DNA of 59,877 nt from IMG/VR virus record IMGVR_UViG_3300037504_001591, positions 1 through 59,877 of that record; one strand, written 5' to 3'. The DNA comes from a virus (taxonomy: Duplodnaviria; Caudoviricetes). Both the position numbers and the translations under genes were made by a program. The notes beneath the pieces are model-generated. The model saw nothing but the letters and a program-made list of their open reading frames with translations, was not told the origin of the DNA and made no database searches. This document shows, piece by piece, positions 56,931-59,877 of this stretch (position 1 is the first letter of the stretch; every line of letters begins with the position of its first letter).

Positions 56931-57552
56931 TATTACCCTTTTCATCCTCATCTATTTTATAATCGGATATATTGGCATCTATAATTTTAGATAGAGGAAT
57001 ACCTTGTTTTTCTAACTCTGTTTTTAAAAACTTTGCTAAAGTTTTTTCATCTATCTGTGTATTTGTATCTATTATTTCATCTTGAATATTTAATTTATCT
57101 TTAATAAAAATACTTTCATTCATTGCTTTTGTAATTATATCGTATTGTCTTGCTAAACATTTAGACCAATTATCTGCACCTCTACTATCATCATTTAAAA
57201 TAGATCCTCTTATTTTATTTAATAATAGTTTGATTAAATCTGTAGATGAATCAATTAAACTTATATTTACCTCATCTACAAAATAAAGCAGGTTATCATC
57301 TTTTTTAAGGGTTTCTATTTGTTCTGTCTTTTTTATTACATAAGTTTTTTCTTGTAACCAATTATTTAAATTAATTTTTTCTTGTAAATCTTTAATTTTT
57401 ATTTTATATTTTTTTGCTAATTCTTCAACAGTTGGATGGTATTTAAACATTGTGCCATCTTCTCTTTCTTTATCAATACCAAAAACAAAATCATTTTTAA
57501 TGAATTTCCAGGTATCCTCAGTAGTTATATTTGTTTCTTCTTTATTCGACAA
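56923..57552 (-). CDS. Putative terminase small subunit
   Basis: HTH PTVEELAKKYKI...NNW directly upstream of terL; TTG start with AAGGAG. Confidence 0.7.
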   Translation of the reverse strand: MSNKEETNITTEDTWKFIKNDFVFGIDKEREDGTMFKYHPTVEELAKKYKIKIKDLQEKINLNNWLQEKTYVIKKTEQIETLKKDDNLLYFVDEVNISLIDSSTDLIKLLLNKIRGSILNDDSRGADNWSKCLARQYDIITKAMNESIFIKDKLNIQDEIIDTNTQIDEKTLAKFLKTELEKQGIPLSKIIDANISDYKIDEDEKGNNE

Positions 57553-57581
57553 ATTAAACTCCTTAAACTCTTTCTATATGT

Positions 57582-57610
57582 ATTATCGAATTCTATAAAG
57601 AAACTGTCAA
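57582..57610 (-). promoter_or_regulatory. Promoter of the terminase/late operon
   Basis: TTGACA-17-GATAAT; includes TTCGATAAT motif. Confidence 0.55.
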
Positions 57611-57631
57611 ATTTTAAAAAAAGAAGAGCAT

Positions 57632-57663
57632 AAAAAAACCCCTGCTCTTACGATACAGGGGTT
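57632..57663 (-). terminator. Rho-independent terminator insulating the late operon
   Basis: CCCCTG/CAGGGG stem with T7 tail on the minus strand. Confidence 0.8.
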
Positions 57664-57689
57664 ATATAATCTTAAGGGGGTATTAATTT

Positions 57690-58148
57690 TTAATTTCCGA
57701 TTAATCCGTCAACAAATTTTTCAAAATTTTTTATTCCTTCAACAAAACCTCTATCTCTTTCCGCTAAAAACCTTTTTCCCCCATTTGGGCTAGGTTCAAT
57801 TTCACCTTCAGTTTCTACCCATTCGGCAGAATAAGCATTAACAATATGTTCTATTAGTTCATCTTCATCTTTGATATTTTCATCTGTTATATAAATTTCC
57901 ATACTAAAAAAGTTTATTTTTACTAAAGTAATCAAATTACATTGCATTCTACCTAGTATATCATACCCTAAACAAAAATTTTCATTACTATCTTTATTAA
58001 TTACACAAGTTACATCTTCTTCATCAATAATAATTTGTAAAAAAATATCATTTTTTAATATAATATCAACACTAATAAAATTATCATTTTCTTTATAAGA
58101 AGATAAAACACCTTTTTTTTCTAAAAAAGCTAAACTTTCTTTTTTCAT
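57690..58148 (-). CDS. Hypothetical protein
   Basis: ATG 58148 with GGAGG; the track's TTG at 58211 is the promoter -35 box. Confidence 0.7.
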   Translation of the reverse strand: MKKESLAFLEKKGVLSSYKENDNFISVDIILKNDIFLQIIIDEEDVTCVINKDSNENFCLGYDILGRMQCNLITLVKINFFSMEIYITDENIKDEDELIEHIVNAYSAEWVETEGEIEPSPNGGKRFLAERDRGFVEGIKNFEKFVDGLIGN

Positions 58149-58182
58149 TTCATTACCTCCAATGTTTTTAACATATATTACA

Positions 58183-58211
58183 AACATAATAAAAGTTTTA
58201 TAAAAAGTCAA
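58183..58211 (-). promoter_or_regulatory. Sigma70-type promoter
   Basis: TTGACT-17-TATGTT. Confidence 0.6.
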
Positions 58212-58219
58212 GTATTTTT

Positions 58220-58615
58220 TTAATTATCTTGAATAATTATTTTATGTAATTTTTCTATTATGTTCCAGTCGTTGATTTTAATAAATTCATCACCATTAAA
58301 AAAACTTACTTGTTGTGTTGGGGAGGTAAGTGAGGAAATACCATAAGTAATAAAAAGAAAATACTTTTGATAAGGTATATCACCCCAAGGTGGCAGAGGA
58401 GTTTCAAAATGTTTTAATAAAACATTATTTAATTTTTTATAAACAATTTGATAAGAGAGCACTTCTTCATAATTCTTTCTACCTGAAGGTAGATATATTG
58501 AATAATGATAAACTCTTTTTATAAAAGCAATACCATCTGTATCAACAATATATCTATAAACAATTGGAAATTCTCCAATTGCTGGTTCTATATGACCTAT
58601 TATATTTGTACCCAT
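58220..58615 (-). CDS. Hypothetical protein
   Basis: ORF with AAGGA SD. Confidence 0.65.
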   Translation of the reverse strand: MGTNIIGHIEPAIGEFPIVYRYIVDTDGIAFIKRVYHYSIYLPSGRKNYEEVLSYQIVYKKLNNVLLKHFETPLPPWGDIPYQKYFLFITYGISSLTSPTQQVSFFNGDEFIKINDWNIIEKLHKIIIQDN

Positions 58616-58617
58616 TA

Positions 58618-59178
58618 TTAAATCCTTAATAAATTTAATTTATAAAAATCTTGATAAATAGTATTTCCAACTTCAAGAAAATCAACTGGTAAGATGTTTG
58701 CTTCAAATATTTTTTTGTTTATAAATTTATTTTTAATATCTTCATACATAATACTTGTCATATTTTGATTAACATAACCTAACAAACAGTTTAATTCTTT
58801 TGTCTCATTTTTTACTTCTTCTTTTGTTATATCTAATCTAACTATTTTGTTAAACTTTCTAAATTCAACTAAATAGAAAGCTATACCGCCAGCTATTACT
58901 GTTCTTTTTAAATGATTTAATTGATTTTCTTTAATATTTTGTTTAATATTTAAAAAATGTGCTCCTGTAGTTTTTAATTCAATAGCAATATAAGTATAGT
59001 TTTTTAGTGCATTATTTTTAAAAATACGAGTACCTCCAGAAAGATCAGCCCCTAATTTTTTCCTGTAGTTTCTACTATCATTTTCTTTTTTTATTTCTGC
59101 AATTCCTGTTACTAAATAATCTCTAAGTTGAAGTTCTATAAATTGCTCAAACTTATTTCCTACATGTTTAGGATTCAT
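58618..59178 (-). CDS. recU: Holliday junction resolvase, RecU family
   Basis: GNKFEQFIE, GIAEIKK, ADLSGG, IAIELKTT, NQLNHL...GGIAFYLVEF. Confidence 0.8.
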   Translation of the reverse strand: MNPKHVGNKFEQFIELQLRDYLVTGIAEIKKENDSRNYRKKLGADLSGGTRIFKNNALKNYTYIAIELKTTGAHFLNIKQNIKENQLNHLKRTVIAGGIAFYLVEFRKFNKIVRLDITKEEVKNETKELNCLLGYVNQNMTSIMYEDIKNKFINKKIFEANILPVDFLEVGNTIYQDFYKLNLLRI

Positions 59179-59386
59179 TATTAAACTCCCTTAATAAATT
59201 TTGTACTTTTTTTATGTCTAAATGTATTTTATATTCTTTTTCAATATAAAACCAAACACTTGATATTAATACCTCCGATGCCTCTTTTATATTATTGAAA
59301 GTGCCCTCTAAACTCTTATCGGCAGTAACTGTAATTTTGTAATAATCCTCGTTATCACTTTTGAATTCTAATACTAAATCTATCAA
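59168..59386 (-). CDS. Hypothetical protein
   Basis: Coupled ORF with GAGG SD. Confidence 0.6.
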   Translation of the reverse strand: MIDLVLEFKSDNEDYYKITVTADKSLEGTFNNIKEASEVLISSVWFYIEKEYKIHLDIKKVQNLLREFNNES

Positions 59387-59877
59387 TCTTCTACCTCTTT
59401 TAATATTCTTTTTATTTTTTCTTCTAAATCTTCACCCTCATAGACGAAGAAATTTTTTACATTATAAACTCGTCTTTTCTTTTTACCTTGAGTATCATAA
59501 TATATAGTACCTTCACAATTTGGTAAGCATATTCTTTCAATTGCTACTAAGCTATTATAAAATAAAGTTTTATGTGCATATTTTTTGTTACTTTTTTCTA
59601 CAATAAAAAGAAAAGGATGTATCCCTGTATCTTCGTAAAGGCTTAATCTCGCATCAACCTGCCATTTTGGTAAACCATGCCCATAATGACTAAAATTATT
59701 TCCTGGTTCAAATATCTCTTGATATTTTATTTCCCCCAAACACCATGTATCTTCTATTTTAAAAATAGTATCGGCTTGAAAAAAAGGAATCCTATCTTTT
59801 ATAAATAAAGATCTTACATATTCCTCACCAAACATACCTTCTTTAATCTTATTTTTGTTTTTTTCATAAAAGCTCAT
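59383..59877 (-). CDS. Putative PD-(D/E)XK-fold nuclease
   Basis: GMFGEEYV...ADTIF...GEIKYQ spacing. Confidence 0.5.
   Translation of the reverse strand: MSFYEKNKNKIKEGMFGEEYVRSLFIKDRIPFFQADTIFKIEDTWCLGEIKYQEIFEPGNNFSHYGHGLPKWQVDARLSLYEDTGIHPFLFIVEKSNKKYAHKTLFYNSLVAIERICLPNCEGTIYYDTQGKKKRRVYNVKNFFVYEGEDLEEKIKRILKEVED

Larger units (their letters stand above)
1..59877. mobile_element. Tailed bacteriophage genome or large genome segment (siphovirus-like, Mu-like head genes)
   Basis: Terminase, portal, protease, capsid, tail tube, tape measure, tail fibre and phage-type replication genes; no host housekeeping flanks. Confidence 0.95.

Noticed and set aside
1-59877. Complete circular genome, integrated prophage, or alternative genetic code
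   Set aside because: No terminal repeat, att site, integrase or host genes seen; ends coincide with ORF boundaries, suggesting trimming; genes are full length in the standard code

Overview
Very AT-rich, gene-dense tailed bacteriophage (Caudoviricetes, siphovirus-like) sequence. Almost all genes are on the minus strand, and both ends of the window fall exactly on ORF boundaries. In transcription order (right to left): RecU and nuclease genes; terminase small and large subunits; a ParB fused to a degenerate methyltransferase; a Mu-like head module (protease/scaffold, major capsid, gp36-like adaptor, DUF935 portal, three DUF2190-like decoration paralogs); tail tube; tail chaperone with a -1 frameshift signal; an unusual lysis-like cassette (DUF5675 L,D-peptidase plus two papain/transglutaminase-fold proteins); a 3104-aa tape measure; tail tip and beta-helix receptor-binding proteins; a spanin-like pair whose second member ends in an outer-membrane beta-barrel-like segment; a replication/recombination block (RecT-like, DnaB, SSB, DnaN, Cas4-like nuclease, DnaG); a ~1 kb non-coding control region (phased repeats, divergent promoters, structured leader); and an early/accessory region (HU-like, RHH, Gp157, tandem pentapeptide-repeat proteins). 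Three sigma-like factors and three intact DNA methyltransferases are present. No integrase, transposase, DNA polymerase, reverse transcriptase, tRNA or CRISPR array was recognised. All family calls come from motif recognition by eye, not from database searches.
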